A DNA stretch of 64,000 nt from Oscillospiraceae bacterium (GTDB lineage Bacteria; Bacillota; Clostridia; Oscillospirales; CAG-272): the NCBI GenBank assembly GCA_015064355.1, contig SVSJ01000001.1, forward strand, positions 13,564 through 77,563. Reading direction: 5' to 3'. A program made the position numbers and the translations under genes. Numbering within the stretch: position 1 is the stretch's first letter; every line of letters starts with the position of its first letter. Below, piece by piece: positions 28,840-38,627 of the stretch. The notes under the pieces were generated by a model that was not told the DNA's origin, made no database searches, and saw only the letters and a program-made list of their open reading frames with translations.

Positions 28840-30943
28840 TTACTTCTCCTTTGTTTTTGTTTCGATATCGTCTGATATTAGTTTTAAACTCTTCAGATCT
28901 GCTTTCAAAATCAACATTATAGTTTGTATTATCAGCATGGGCTGTCATCTCCGTCGGCGAGGCAATAAGACTTCTTCCACATCTGACATAAGCCATAGAA
29001 AGTCCGCAAACGAGCCAGAATATAAGATACACACGATAGTTATACCAGGAATAGTCCGTCATTCCTTGAACCAGGACAGCTAAGACTCCGCACAGAGGGC
29101 CTACTGTTGAAATTCTGAGCTGTGTTTTGCCGTGCTTAACCTTATCGCTATTGCCAAGATTATAGCCGTCAGAAGTAAACCTGAGCATCTTCTCAGATAT
29201 ATCGGGAGTCTTGAGCATTGAATTGCCGCTTAGATCCTTAAAGAGAGTGAATGCAGCCTGATAAAAGATAAAGAGAAATACAACAAATGCAAGTATTCCG
29301 AAGATACCAAGCTCAAGGAAAATTTGAAGATATAAGTTGTGAGAATGTGGCGCAGCTTCAATGCCCATATAAGTGTACAAAGGATATACAAGATCCCACG
29401 CACCTTCGCCTACACCAATTCCGGATACGATATTGTCTTCGATCATATTGACCGAGGCTCTCCAAATATATACTCTGTATGATGTGGAGGAGTCGGCCAT
29501 ATTTCCTATACTTGTAAACCTGGAAATAATGGATTCAGGAAGAATGGATGAAAGGATCGGGAGCGATGCAAGTCCTGCAATAAGAAGCCATACAGATCTT
29601 CTGTGCCACATAAAGAGGAAAGCAACAGCTGCTACCATAAGAGCAAGCCAAGCTCCGCGGCTCCATGTAAATATCAGACACACACCGAGGACACCCATAC
29701 AGAATATTGCAGGAATGCGTCTAAGTCCTTCTCCTCTGCCAATGATCATAGAAGCAACTATTGGGATAATAAGAATCAGATATTCGCCGAAAACGTTTGG
29801 ATTTCCAAATGTTCCGACTGCTCTGCCTGTAATACCTGCGAACATCTCACTATCAACCCAAGCGGCAGAGGAATAACCCAATCCAAATACATACATGAAT
29901 ATGCCAACAGCCGCCGCTGCGGTCGCGGATAATACACAGGAAACAGCACATCTTGCAAGCCATTCTCTGCTCGAAATAAGCTGAGATACAAGGAAATACC
30001 CCACAATAAGACAAGTCATAAGAAGCGCCGGCTTAATTGATGAATTTGAGAATGAAATCAATCCACCGGAAAGAAGAATCAAAGCGAACACAATGACAAC
30101 AATGTCAACAGGTTCGAGTTTGAATACTCTCTTGCCTCTGAAAAGCTTAATAAGATAGCAAAGAGTTGTATACGCAACAAGTCCTGCCAGCGCCATAGTG
30201 GGAAACCACGGAACAAGCACGAAAAGTGTGAGAACTCCGATCTCGGGTCTAATTAGGATCAAATACAGCACCAATACAGCTGCAATGGCTCCCAGGATGT
30301 AGATCGGAGATACCCAATAGGAAATAATCCCACAAAGGATACCAATCACAAACGCAACATTCATTCTGCCGGTCTGCTCAGAATACTGTCTTAACTTTTC
30401 ATCAGAATAGCCTGTAACAGCAAGTATTGTTTTTCCAAAGAAAGATGATACAAGTCCTTCTGCCAGGTTCTTCTTTGACATTACAAGGGGAATCGCAGCG
30501 AATATTACTATTCCTGACACAAGGATGTCAAAGTCATCCAACATATTAGCCAGCATATCATTAGATAAATTCAGAATCAGGTTAATGATTGCGGTGTATA
30601 CGCCAAATGATACGAGAAAGGCACCGTAGACCTTGAGACGGCATCTCAAGAAATAGCTCATCAGAGATTTCGTCATATTAACTAAAAAGCTGTTTTCAAC
30701 TCTTCTGCATATTCCGTATCTTAGTTCGGAAAAATATGAGGAAAGCGAGCCTGCACCTTTTTTCTCGACTCCTTCTGACGAACTCATATTAGCATTATAG
30801 CGAGAAAAGATATAGCCGAACAACCCATTCTTAATAAGTGAGTATATATATGACGTGAATCTATCTAAACAGGACAGAATTAAGCTTCCTCTGAAAAGAG
30901 AAAGCAGAAAGCCCCGGCTTTTATTTTTGCCCGGTGTCGCCAT
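28832..30943 (-). CDS. O-antigen ligase (Wzy_C)/IctB-like polytopic membrane protein
   Basis: RAVGTFGNPNVFG, TWSRGAW, SYRVYIW, GIGVG, HSHNLYLQ..ELGIFG motifs; many TMs; long N-terminal extension. Confidence 0.88.
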   Translation of the reverse strand: MATPGKNKSRGFLLSLFRGSLILSCLDRFTSYIYSLIKNGLFGYIFSRYNANMSSSEGVEKKGAGSLSSYFSELRYGICRRVENSFLVNMTKSLMSYFLRCRLKVYGAFLVSFGVYTAIINLILNLSNDMLANMLDDFDILVSGIVIFAAIPLVMSKKNLAEGLVSSFFGKTILAVTGYSDEKLRQYSEQTGRMNVAFVIGILCGIISYWVSPIYILGAIAAVLVLYLILIRPEIGVLTLFVLVPWFPTMALAGLVAYTTLCYLIKLFRGKRVFKLEPVDIVVIVFALILLSGGLISFSNSSIKPALLMTCLIVGYFLVSQLISSREWLARCAVSCVLSATAAAAVGIFMYVFGLGYSSAAWVDSEMFAGITGRAVGTFGNPNVFGEYLILIIPIVASMIIGRGEGLRRIPAIFCMGVLGVCLIFTWSRGAWLALMVAAVAFLFMWHRRSVWLLIAGLASLPILSSILPESIISRFTSIGNMADSSTSYRVYIWRASVNMIEDNIVSGIGVGEGAWDLVYPLYTYMGIEAAPHSHNLYLQIFLELGIFGILAFVVFLFIFYQAAFTLFKDLSGNSMLKTPDISEKMLRFTSDGYNLGNSDKVKHGKTQLRISTVGPLCGVLAVLVQGMTDYSWYNYRVYLIFWLVCGLSMAYVRCGRSLIASPTEMTAHADNTNYNVDFESRSEEFKTNIRRYRNKNKGEVNE

Positions 30944-30989
30944 ATAGTTTTACCTCCATCATTTATTTAAGGAAGCGATTGATACCAGA

Positions 30990-31334
30990 TCAGACTCTTG
31001 AAGCTTTATTCAGCTCCGCTAACAGTTCTGATGTATTTCCGAGATATACTCTTTCGATAAAATCGCGTGTTGCAAAATCAAGATAATCTTTTCGTGAGAT
31101 AAGCGGTTTGCAACAATTAGAACGTCCAATTTTCTCTATTGAAACATAGCCTTTTGACTGAAGTCGAGTTATAAGCGTAAGAACGGTAGTCAGCTTAAGA
31201 CGGGAGATTTCATCAAAATGCTTGATAATATTCCCTGCTGATATATATTTCTCTCCATCTTCAAATAATGACCAGATGGCCTGCATAACCTCGAGTTCAC
31301 TGTCAGGAAGCTTTATAAAATCAGTATTTGACAT
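30990..31334 (-). CDS. BlaI/MecI/CopY-family transcriptional regulator
   Basis: LPDSELEVMQAIW, TTVLTLITRL..KGYV, PLISR..Y, F..RVY.G motifs. Confidence 0.88.
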   Translation of the reverse strand: MSNTDFIKLPDSELEVMQAIWSLFEDGEKYISAGNIIKHFDEISRLKLTTVLTLITRLQSKGYVSIEKIGRSNCCKPLISRKDYLDFATRDFIERVYLGNTSELLAELNKASRV

Positions 31335-31362
31335 GATTGCTCCTAAAGATCAGTATATCCAT

Positions 31363-31391
31363 ATTATACCTATAATTCACACACAAGTCAA
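31363..31391 (-). promoter_or_regulatory. sigA promoter of the BlaI-led envelope operon
   Basis: TTGACT-N17-TATAAT on the minus strand. Confidence 0.7.
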
Positions 31392-31471
31392 GGTATTAGG
31401 GTACTTTTCTCTACGTTTGAAGTACAAAACACCCGAATAAGTATATTTTTTCCTTTAGCTTTGTGCAATAC

Positions 31472-31500
31472 TTGACACAGGGCTATAATAATGATATAAT
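31472..31500 (+). promoter_or_regulatory. sigA promoter of asnA
   Basis: TTGACA-N17-TATAAT with extended TG. Confidence 0.78.
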
Positions 31501-31550
31501 TACTGAATGTAAATATTTATCTGCCAGTCACTTTGAAAGGACTACATATT

Positions 31551-32552
31551 ATGGTATATATTCCTGAGAACTATAAGCCACGCCTCTCTGTTTACGAGAC
31601 TCAGCGTGCTATTGATTATATCAAGCGCACTTTTCAGATGAATCTCGCCATTGAGCTTAACCTGAAGAGAGTGTCAGCTCCTCTGTTTGTTCGCGAAGAC
31701 TCCGGTCTCAACGACAACCTGAGTGGTGTTGAGCGTCCTGTTGGTTTCTTTGTGCCTGCAGTTGGTGAAGAGGCACAGGTTGTTCACTCCCTTGCTAAAT
31801 GGAAAAGACTTGCGCTAAAAAAGTACGAGTTTCACGTTGGTAAGGGTCTTTACACAGACATGAACGCTATAAGACGCGATGAAGATCTTGACAATATTCA
31901 CTCGATTTACGTTGACCAGTGGGACTGGGAAAAGGTTATAGACAAGAGCATGAGAAATGTCGACTACTTAAAGCAAGTAGTCAAGAAAATTATATCTGCC
32001 GTTGTTGCCACAAACAATGCGTTAAGATATGAATTCCCTGAGCTTGAGTGTCATATTTATCCCGAGGTTTCTTTTGTTACATCACAGGAACTTGAGGATA
32101 TGTACCCAGATCTCACACCTAAGGAACGGGAGAACGCTTATGTGAAAGAACATCCCACAACGTTCCTTATGCAGATTGGCGGCACACTCAAGAGCGGCAA
32201 CAAGCATGACGGTCGCGCTCCCGACTATGACGACTGGGAGCTGAACGGCGACATTCTTATTTGGAACGAGCTTCTGGGCTCCGCTTTTGAAATTTCTTCT
32301 ATGGGTATTCGTGTTGATGCCGAATCGCTGAAGCGTCAGCTTAAGATCGCAAACTGCGAGGATCGCGCAGAGCTTCCCTTCCACAAAATGCTTCTTAATG
32401 ATGAGCTTCCTCTTACCATTGGCGGCGGTATCGGTCAGTCAAGACTTTGTATGCTGATGATGCAGTCTGCTCACATTGGTGAAGTTCAGGCGTCGATTTG
32501 GGATGATGAGACGATCAGAGTTTGTGAGAATGCGGGAATTATGCTTTTGTAA
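31551..32552 (+). CDS. asnA: Aspartate--ammonia ligase
   Basis: GLNDNLSGVERPV, VVHSLAKWKR, HSIYVDQWDWE, RAPDYDDW, SSMGIRV, GGGIGQSR. ATG 31551 follows GAAAGGA. Confidence 0.96.
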   Translation: MVYIPENYKPRLSVYETQRAIDYIKRTFQMNLAIELNLKRVSAPLFVREDSGLNDNLSGVERPVGFFVPAVGEEAQVVHSLAKWKRLALKKYEFHVGKGLYTDMNAIRRDEDLDNIHSIYVDQWDWEKVIDKSMRNVDYLKQVVKKIISAVVATNNALRYEFPELECHIYPEVSFVTSQELEDMYPDLTPKERENAYVKEHPTTFLMQIGGTLKSGNKHDGRAPDYDDWELNGDILIWNELLGSAFEISSMGIRVDAESLKRQLKIANCEDRAELPFHKMLLNDELPLTIGGGIGQSRLCMLMMQSAHIGEVQASIWDDETIRVCENAGIMLL

Positions 32553-32570
32553 TGGTAAACATCCTCTATT

Positions 32571-33440
32571 ATGAAAAAAGTATCATTATTCTTACTTTTA
32601 GCTATTTTACTTACTTCCTGTTCAAGAAATCCTGACTTTGTAACCTCATCATATACATTATCTAATCCTCATAGTAGCCATATTTTCATCTATGATCTTG
32701 ATTCTGAAGAGTTAATAACATATTCCTGTGATAATACTGATAAGGTATTTCCTGCAAGTATAACAAAACTTCTTACTGCATTGTCGGCACTCGATATTCT
32801 TTCTGCTGACACGATAATTACTCCCGGTGATGAAGTGTATCTGCCTGCTGCCGGCTCATCTTCGGCGTATATCAGACCTTATCATCAGCTTTCACTTGAG
32901 ATGCTCATTGAGGCCATGATGATTCCTTCCGGAAACGATGCAGCATATGCCATTGCGGCAGCTTGTGGTAAGGAATTAGCGGATGATTCGGTTGAATACA
33001 ATGAGGCGATAGAAGTTTTCGTAGAGTATATGAACGCGTATGCTGCAAATATTGGATGTACAAACAGTAATTTCACATCTCCTGACGGCTTCTCAGGGAG
33101 CGACCATTATTCCACGTTGGCTGATATGGCAATTATTGCTAAAGAAGCAACAAGCAATGATATAATAATGAAATACGCCGGATTATCTTCAGTTGACGTA
33201 ACATATGCAAGCGGGCATATAAACACTTGGACTAACACTAACGAAATGCTCGATCCAAACTCCAAGTATTATAACGATCATGTCTGCGGCTTGAAAACAG
33301 GTAGTTTATCGAAAAATTTTTCACTCATAACAATTTTTGATGACGGTGACACCAGATTATTAATCGGAACATTTGGATCGAAAACTGACGAGGGCCGCTA
33401 TATTGATACCCAAAATATTATTTTTAATGAATGTAATTAA
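32571..33440 (+). CDS. D-alanyl-D-alanine carboxypeptidase (peptidase S11), lipoprotein
   Basis: Lipobox LTSC; PASITK (SxxK), SGN (SxN), KTG motifs. Confidence 0.88.
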   Translation: MKKVSLFLLLAILLTSCSRNPDFVTSSYTLSNPHSSHIFIYDLDSEELITYSCDNTDKVFPASITKLLTALSALDILSADTIITPGDEVYLPAAGSSSAYIRPYHQLSLEMLIEAMMIPSGNDAAYAIAAACGKELADDSVEYNEAIEVFVEYMNAYAANIGCTNSNFTSPDGFSGSDHYSTLADMAIIAKEATSNDIIMKYAGLSSVDVTYASGHINTWTNTNEMLDPNSKYYNDHVCGLKTGSLSKNFSLITIFDDGDTRLLIGTFGSKTDEGRYIDTQNIIFNECN

Positions 33441-33451
33441 CAACATATAAC

Positions 33452-33485
33452 AAAAAACGCTCGGAAATCCGGGCGTTTTTCTTTT
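33452..33485. terminator. Bidirectional intrinsic terminator
   Basis: AAAAAACGCTCGG-AAAT-CCGGGCGTTTTT. Confidence 0.85.
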
Positions 33486-33487
33486 AT

Positions 33488-35890
33488 TTATTTTGCAACG
33501 ATATTAATGATCTTGCCGGGAATGTAGATTTCCTTTACGATCTGCTTTCCTTCAAGTGCCTGCTGTACTCTTTCGTCTGCCTTTGCAACAGCAAGTGCTT
33601 CGTCCTGAGTCATATCCACATTGATCCAAACAGTAGCCTTGAGTTTGCCGCAGATCTGAACTGCGATCTCAATTTCGCTGTCTTTGGTTTTTGCTTCGTC
33701 GTATGTGGGCCATTCAGCGAGAGACATGAAGCCTTCGCCGCCAAGCTGCTGCCAGATCTCTTCGCAAAGGTGAGGTGCGAAGGGGCAAAGAAGCTTTGCA
33801 AATGTCTTAAGCTCGTCACAAGTAATGGAACCTACTTCGTAAATATCGTTAAGCAGAGTCATCATAGCAGCGATTGCTGTGTTGAACTTCATTTCTTCGA
33901 TATCTGAGGTTACCTTCTTGATGGTCTTGTGGAACGCGCTTTCAAGCTTCTGTGTTACACCGGTTCCCTTTGCCATATCCATAAGGTTAGCGACTCTGTC
34001 AAGGAATCTCTTGCATCCCTTAACGCTGTTTTCGCTCCAAGGTGTTGCAGATGCGTAATCACCCATAAAGAGTACGTAAACACGGAGTACGTCAGCACCA
34101 AACTCGTTTACAACGTCGAGAGGGTCAACAACGTTACCCTTGGATTTACTCATCTTATCTCCGTCAGGACCGAGGATGAGTCCCTGAGCAGTACGCTTTG
34201 CATAAGGTTCATCAACGGGGACAGCACCGATATCATAGAGGAAGTGATGCCAGAAGCGGGAGTAGATCATGTGACGTGTTACATGCTCCATACCACCGTT
34301 GTACCAGTCTACAGGCATCCAGTACTTAAGAGCCTCTTCAGATGCGAGAGCAGTATCATTGTTCGGATCGCAGTAACGGAGGAAGTACCAGGAAGAGCCC
34401 GCCCACTGAGGCATTGTGTCAGTTTCACGCTTAGCAGGACCACCACACTTGGGGCAAGTGCAATTTACGAAGGATTCAACCTTTGCGAGAGGGCTTTCGC
34501 CGCCTTCACCGGGCTCGAAGTTTTCCATATCGGGCAGTCTGAGAGGAAGCTCCTCATAAGGAACGCCTACCATGCCGCACTTTTCACAATGTACGATCGG
34601 AATGGGCTCGCCCCAATATCTCTGGCGGTTGAATGCCCAGTCCTTCATCTTGTACTGGATACCCTTTTCTCCGATTCCCTTTTCGGTAAGATATTCAAGC
34701 ATCTTTGCGATAGCTTCTTTCTTGGTAGCAATACCATTGAGGAAGCCGGAATTAACCATTTCGCCATCTCCAACGTATGCTTCCTTGGAAATGTCACCGC
34801 CCTTGATTACTTCGATAATCTCAATGCCAAACTTCTTTGCAAAGTCATAGTCGCGGTCATCGTGTGCAGGAACGGCCATAATTGCGCCTGTGCCATATCC
34901 CATCATTACGTAGTCAGAGATATAGATCGGGATTTCCTTACCGGTTGCGGGGTTGATGGCTGCAATGCCATCGATGCAAACGCCTGTCTTATCCTTTACA
35001 AGCTGTGTTCTCTCGAACTCTGTCTTCTTCGCGCATTCTTCCTTGTATGCATCAAGAGCGTCAATGTTACCTATAATATCACGATACTTTTCAATAATAG
35101 GATGCTCGGGCGCGATAACCATAAATGTTGCGCCGAACATAGTATCGCAACGAGTTGTGTAGATGCGGAGGGTTTCATCGCAGTTTGTGAGAGCGAAGTT
35201 TACAAAAGCACCCTCGGAACGACCAATCCAGTTCTGCTGCTGAAGCTTTACGTTAGGAAGGTAATCAACCTTCTCAAGGCCCTGGAGAAGCTTGTCTGCA
35301 TATTCGGTGATGCGGAGATACCAAACATCCTTGGACTTCTGTATAATATCGCTGTGGCAAATATCGCACTTACCGCCCTGGGAGTCTTCATTAGAAAGAA
35401 CTACCTTGCAGTGTGGACAATAGTTAACAAGGGTTGTTGCGCGGAATACAAGACCTTCGTCAAACATCTTTCTGAAGATCCACTGTGTCCACTTGTAGTA
35501 TCCTTCTTCAGTTGTGTCGATAACTCTTGACCAGTCGAAGGAGAAACCAACTCTCTTGAGCTGATTTGTGAAGTTTGCTATATTGTTGTCAGTAACAATA
35601 CGAGGGTGTGTGTTAGTCTTGATTGCGTAGTTTTCTGTGGGGAGGCCGTATGCATCAAAACCAATGGGGAAAAGAACGTTGTAGCCTTCCATTCTTCTCT
35701 TTCTCGATATAACCTCAAGTCCTGAGTAAGCCTTGATATGACCAACGTGCATACCTGCTCCACTGGGATAAGGGAATTCTACAAGTCCGTAGAACTTCGG
35801 TTTGGAATAGTCCTCAGTAGCCTTGAAAATACCGGCTTCGTCCCATTTATCCTGCCACTTCTTTTCAATGTTTGTAAAATCGTATCTCAT
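33488..35890 (-). CDS. leuS: Leucine--tRNA ligase
   Basis: FPYPSG, HVGH (HIGH), editing domain GYGTGAIMAVPAHD.RD, RQRYWG, KMSKS. Confidence 0.97.
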   Translation of the reverse strand: MRYDFTNIEKKWQDKWDEAGIFKATEDYSKPKFYGLVEFPYPSGAGMHVGHIKAYSGLEVISRKRRMEGYNVLFPIGFDAYGLPTENYAIKTNTHPRIVTDNNIANFTNQLKRVGFSFDWSRVIDTTEEGYYKWTQWIFRKMFDEGLVFRATTLVNYCPHCKVVLSNEDSQGGKCDICHSDIIQKSKDVWYLRITEYADKLLQGLEKVDYLPNVKLQQQNWIGRSEGAFVNFALTNCDETLRIYTTRCDTMFGATFMVIAPEHPIIEKYRDIIGNIDALDAYKEECAKKTEFERTQLVKDKTGVCIDGIAAINPATGKEIPIYISDYVMMGYGTGAIMAVPAHDDRDYDFAKKFGIEIIEVIKGGDISKEAYVGDGEMVNSGFLNGIATKKEAIAKMLEYLTEKGIGEKGIQYKMKDWAFNRQRYWGEPIPIVHCEKCGMVGVPYEELPLRLPDMENFEPGEGGESPLAKVESFVNCTCPKCGGPAKRETDTMPQWAGSSWYFLRYCDPNNDTALASEEALKYWMPVDWYNGGMEHVTRHMIYSRFWHHFLYDIGAVPVDEPYAKRTAQGLILGPDGDKMSKSKGNVVDPLDVVNEFGADVLRVYVLFMGDYASATPWSENSVKGCKRFLDRVANLMDMAKGTGVTQKLESAFHKTIKKVTSDIEEMKFNTAIAAMMTLLNDIYEVGSITCDELKTFAKLLCPFAPHLCEEIWQQLGGEGFMSLAEWPTYDEAKTKDSEIEIAVQICGKLKATVWINVDMTQDEALAVAKADERVQQALEGKQIVKEIYIPGKIINIVAK

Positions 35891-35917
35891 AAGTAAAGTC
35901 CTTTTATAATAAACAAA

Positions 35918-36331
35918 TTAGTCTTCGGTAATAAGTGTGGAAATATCCTGCTCTGTTGTACCTTGATACAGCTTTTCGAGGTTGTAGAATTCTCTTGATT
36001 CGCCAGTAAATACGTGAACAATAACAGAGCCGAAGTCCTCAAGTACCCAAACTCCGCTGTCAGCACCCTCAAGATGGAGAGGGGCTATGCCGTAATTACC
36101 AAGTTTGTATTCAACTTCATCAACAAGTGACCGCACCTGCGTACGAGAAGTACCGGTGCAGATTACGAAATAATCAGCAATCACAGTCTGCTTTTCAACG
36201 TGAAGAAGCTTAATATCGCGAGCCTTCTTTGAGTCAAGAATAGCAACAACGAACTGAGCGAGCTTTTCGGAGTCCTCGAGCATTTCGGGGGTAAGTCCGT
36301 CTTCAAAAGGAAGCTTAATAGTATTTTCCAT
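35918..36331 (-). CDS. rsfS: Ribosome silencing factor
   Basis: KKARDI, ADYFVICTG.S, W...DFGSVIVHVF, REFYNLEKL. Confidence 0.95.
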   Translation of the reverse strand: MENTIKLPFEDGLTPEMLEDSEKLAQFVVAILDSKKARDIKLLHVEKQTVIADYFVICTGTSRTQVRSLVDEVEYKLGNYGIAPLHLEGADSGVWVLEDFGSVIVHVFTGESREFYNLEKLYQGTTEQDISTLITED

Positions 36332-36343
36332 ATGTCCTCCTGA

Positions 36344-37657
36344 TTACTTATTTAAGCTTGGAATATCAATAGAGTCTTTGTTAATATCATCCGCGTTATA
36401 TACTCCGTCGAGAATATCCTCTGGGTCGCCGAAATATACATTACAAGCTTCTGTGGAAGCTAAGTTACAGAACAGTTTGCTCTTATCAAAGATTGAGTCT
36501 GTTATCTCTGCGTAATAAATATTGAAGTACTGGTTGATAACATTGAGAGTCGCCTCTCTGTTTGTTACATAGAAGCTACCGGCCATATTACCGGGAATTG
36601 TTGTCATGTTGATGCTTTCAAGATCAACGTTAACAAGGTGTTTTGCAAAGTATATAATGTCGGAAACCGACATATCTGTATACACATTCTTGAATACTTC
36701 TGTTGCCATATTGCTAATAGCAGGAACATCAAGATTCTTAATTACCGCTTTGACCTGATTGAACATAGCGGTCAAGAAAATCTTTTGAGCATTGATTCTG
36801 CCAAGGTCAGCCTGTACCCAACCGCTTCTGAATCGAACAAACTGCTCGGCTTTTGCGCCGTCAAGGGTTTGTTCGCCTTTTTTAAGGTTAATGTAAAGCC
36901 CCTGATCCGGGTCATTATATTCCATATCTTCGGGAACATAAAGTGTTACTCCGCCGAGAGCATCGACAATATTTTTGAATCCGTCAAGGTTCATAAGAAC
37001 GGTGTGATGGATGTTTATGCAGAGGTTTCTCTCAAACATTGACGCGTACTGGTCAAGTGCTGCGAGATTAACGTCACTTGCCTCTGTAGTTAAAGCTTTA
37101 TTGTAGAATCTCGCAAAGGATTCGTTTACCTTATGTGTGGTAAGACCGTCAAGTCCAACATAAGTATCGCGAGGAATCTGCATAATTGAGATCGAGTTGT
37201 TTACAGTATCGAAATTAACAAGCATTGTTACGTCGGCAAGATGGGCTTCCTTGTCATGACCAACAACAAGGATATTGTACACTCCGTCCTTGGGGGTGAA
37301 TCCTGTCTTGTCTGTGCCGGAGGGTTCATCACCTGTTGAAAGCGGCGGTTTTTCATATCCTCCAATTACGGTATCCGGCGGATCAGTCTCAAAAGGCAGT
37401 GTTGAATTTCCATCACTTGTAGGTCTATAAAATATCAGCCAGGAGCCCACAAGGAGTACTACTGTGTAAACAACAAAAACAATAGCCAAAATGATCCAGT
37501 GAGATTTCGATAGCTTTCCAATTCTCTTTTTGGGAGTGTTTTTCCTCTGAGAAATCTTACCGAAGGTTTTGGTTGAATTATCGTCCTCAGCCATATGTTC
37601 GGAATCTCCATCGGGATAATACATGGAAATATCGTCGTTTAAATTTTTATTACTCAT
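36344..37657 (-). CDS. LytR-CpsA-Psr (LCP) family protein
   Basis: TM, then NILVVG.D, ADVTML, IPRDT, VDALGGV, FVRFR, DLGR..Q. Confidence 0.92.
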   Translation of the reverse strand: MSNKNLNDDISMYYPDGDSEHMAEDDNSTKTFGKISQRKNTPKKRIGKLSKSHWIILAIVFVVYTVVLLVGSWLIFYRPTSDGNSTLPFETDPPDTVIGGYEKPPLSTGDEPSGTDKTGFTPKDGVYNILVVGHDKEAHLADVTMLVNFDTVNNSISIMQIPRDTYVGLDGLTTHKVNESFARFYNKALTTEASDVNLAALDQYASMFERNLCINIHHTVLMNLDGFKNIVDALGGVTLYVPEDMEYNDPDQGLYINLKKGEQTLDGAKAEQFVRFRSGWVQADLGRINAQKIFLTAMFNQVKAVIKNLDVPAISNMATEVFKNVYTDMSVSDIIYFAKHLVNVDLESINMTTIPGNMAGSFYVTNREATLNVINQYFNIYYAEITDSIFDKSKLFCNLASTEACNVYFGDPEDILDGVYNADDINKDSIDIPSLNK

Positions 37658-37660
37658 TAC

Positions 37661-38317
37661 TTAACCTCGCGTTTCAGTTGAGTTGCGCAATTTTATGAAA
37701 TAGTTTCTTGCGGCAACCGTATCCTTGTTAATAACCGATCCTTTTTCAATTAAATACGATATGGTATTGTCAAACATACATATCATTGTGTCATACAAAG
37801 CATCAAGCCTGTCTTCACCTTGGTCGAGTTTATCATACAGATGCCTTCTTATCGTCTTGCAGCTATCGTGAACTCGCGATTCCTCAATATAATCAGCAAG
37901 ATGAATGATAGTATCAAATAATGTCATGTTTTCGTTACCGGTGGTATGATTTCTGATTGCTGACAATATTTCATCGTCAACAAAGTCCCCAAAATCACGT
38001 TTTGCAAGCGCAGTTGCGGTAATTGCGTGAAGCACCTCAGGTGAATCCAAATAATCCGTATCTAATATTATATCAAACTCTCTGCAATATTGCAACTGTT
38101 TTTCAAAATCTGCCTTTTTTGTGATGTCATGAAGTAAGGCTGCAACCTTTAGTTTGTTGATCTTCTCTGGAATATATATACATCCGAGCCTTTCAGCCTC
38201 ATTCATCACGCAGATAGAATGGTGATAACGCTTATCTGTCAAATATGATTTGATAAGCTCTTTCAGTTCATCAATGGATCGATCGTTTATAACAATAGGC
38301 TTAGAACACTCTTTCAT
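37661..38317 (-). CDS. yqeK: HD-domain Ap4A hydrolase YqeK
   Basis: RYHHS, LLHDITK, LHA, HTTG, ADYIE motifs; conserved yhbY-yqeK-rsfS context. Confidence 0.9.
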   Translation of the reverse strand: MKECSKPIVINDRSIDELKELIKSYLTDKRYHHSICVMNEAERLGCIYIPEKINKLKVAALLHDITKKADFEKQLQYCREFDIILDTDYLDSPEVLHAITATALAKRDFGDFVDDEILSAIRNHTTGNENMTLFDTIIHLADYIEESRVHDSCKTIRRHLYDKLDQGEDRLDALYDTMICMFDNTISYLIEKGSVINKDTVAARNYFIKLRNSTETRG

Positions 38318-38327
38318 ATTGTGTCAC

Positions 38328-38627
38328 TCAAATAAGAGTTGATATCTTTCTCTTCTCTTTCTTAGTGGATACCTTGAATAAAATGATCTTTCTTCCGATT
38401 ACGGCAACTACCTCGGAATCGGTTTTTGCAGCAATCTCTTCTGCCGCCTCTCTTGCGTCAGAATCGGAATTGTCAAGTACGCTTATCTTTACAAGCTCGC
38501 GTGCTTCAAGGGCGTCGCCAATTGATTTAACAGCCGCTTCTCCTACGCCGCCCTTGCCAATCTGAAAAATAGCGTCCATTTTTGCGGCTTCTGATTTTAA
38601 AATTGCTCTTTGTTTACTGTTAAGCAT
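38328..38627 (-). CDS. yhbY: CRM-domain RNA-binding protein YhbY
   Basis: KQRA.L, QIGKGG, ELVKISVL, IGRK motifs. Confidence 0.94.
   Translation of the reverse strand: MLNSKQRAILKSEAAKMDAIFQIGKGGVGEAAVKSIGDALEARELVKISVLDNSDSDAREAAEEIAAKTDSEVVAVIGRKIILFKVSTKKEKRKISTLI

Noticed and set aside
25800-33500. Switch from mostly + to mostly - gene orientation read as the replication terminus
   Set aside because: I found no dif-like site by eye (the near-match at about 59096-59125 has the wrong spacer and is a promoter), orientation is mixed, and GC skew cannot be computed here.
33929-35530. 533-aa antisense ORF opposite leuS
   Set aside because: Same codon-bias artefact; it lies fully inside an essential gene and has no protein-like motifs.
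35891-35917. T-box leader for leuS
   Set aside because: Only 27 nt separate rsfS and leuS, and there is no T-box motif.
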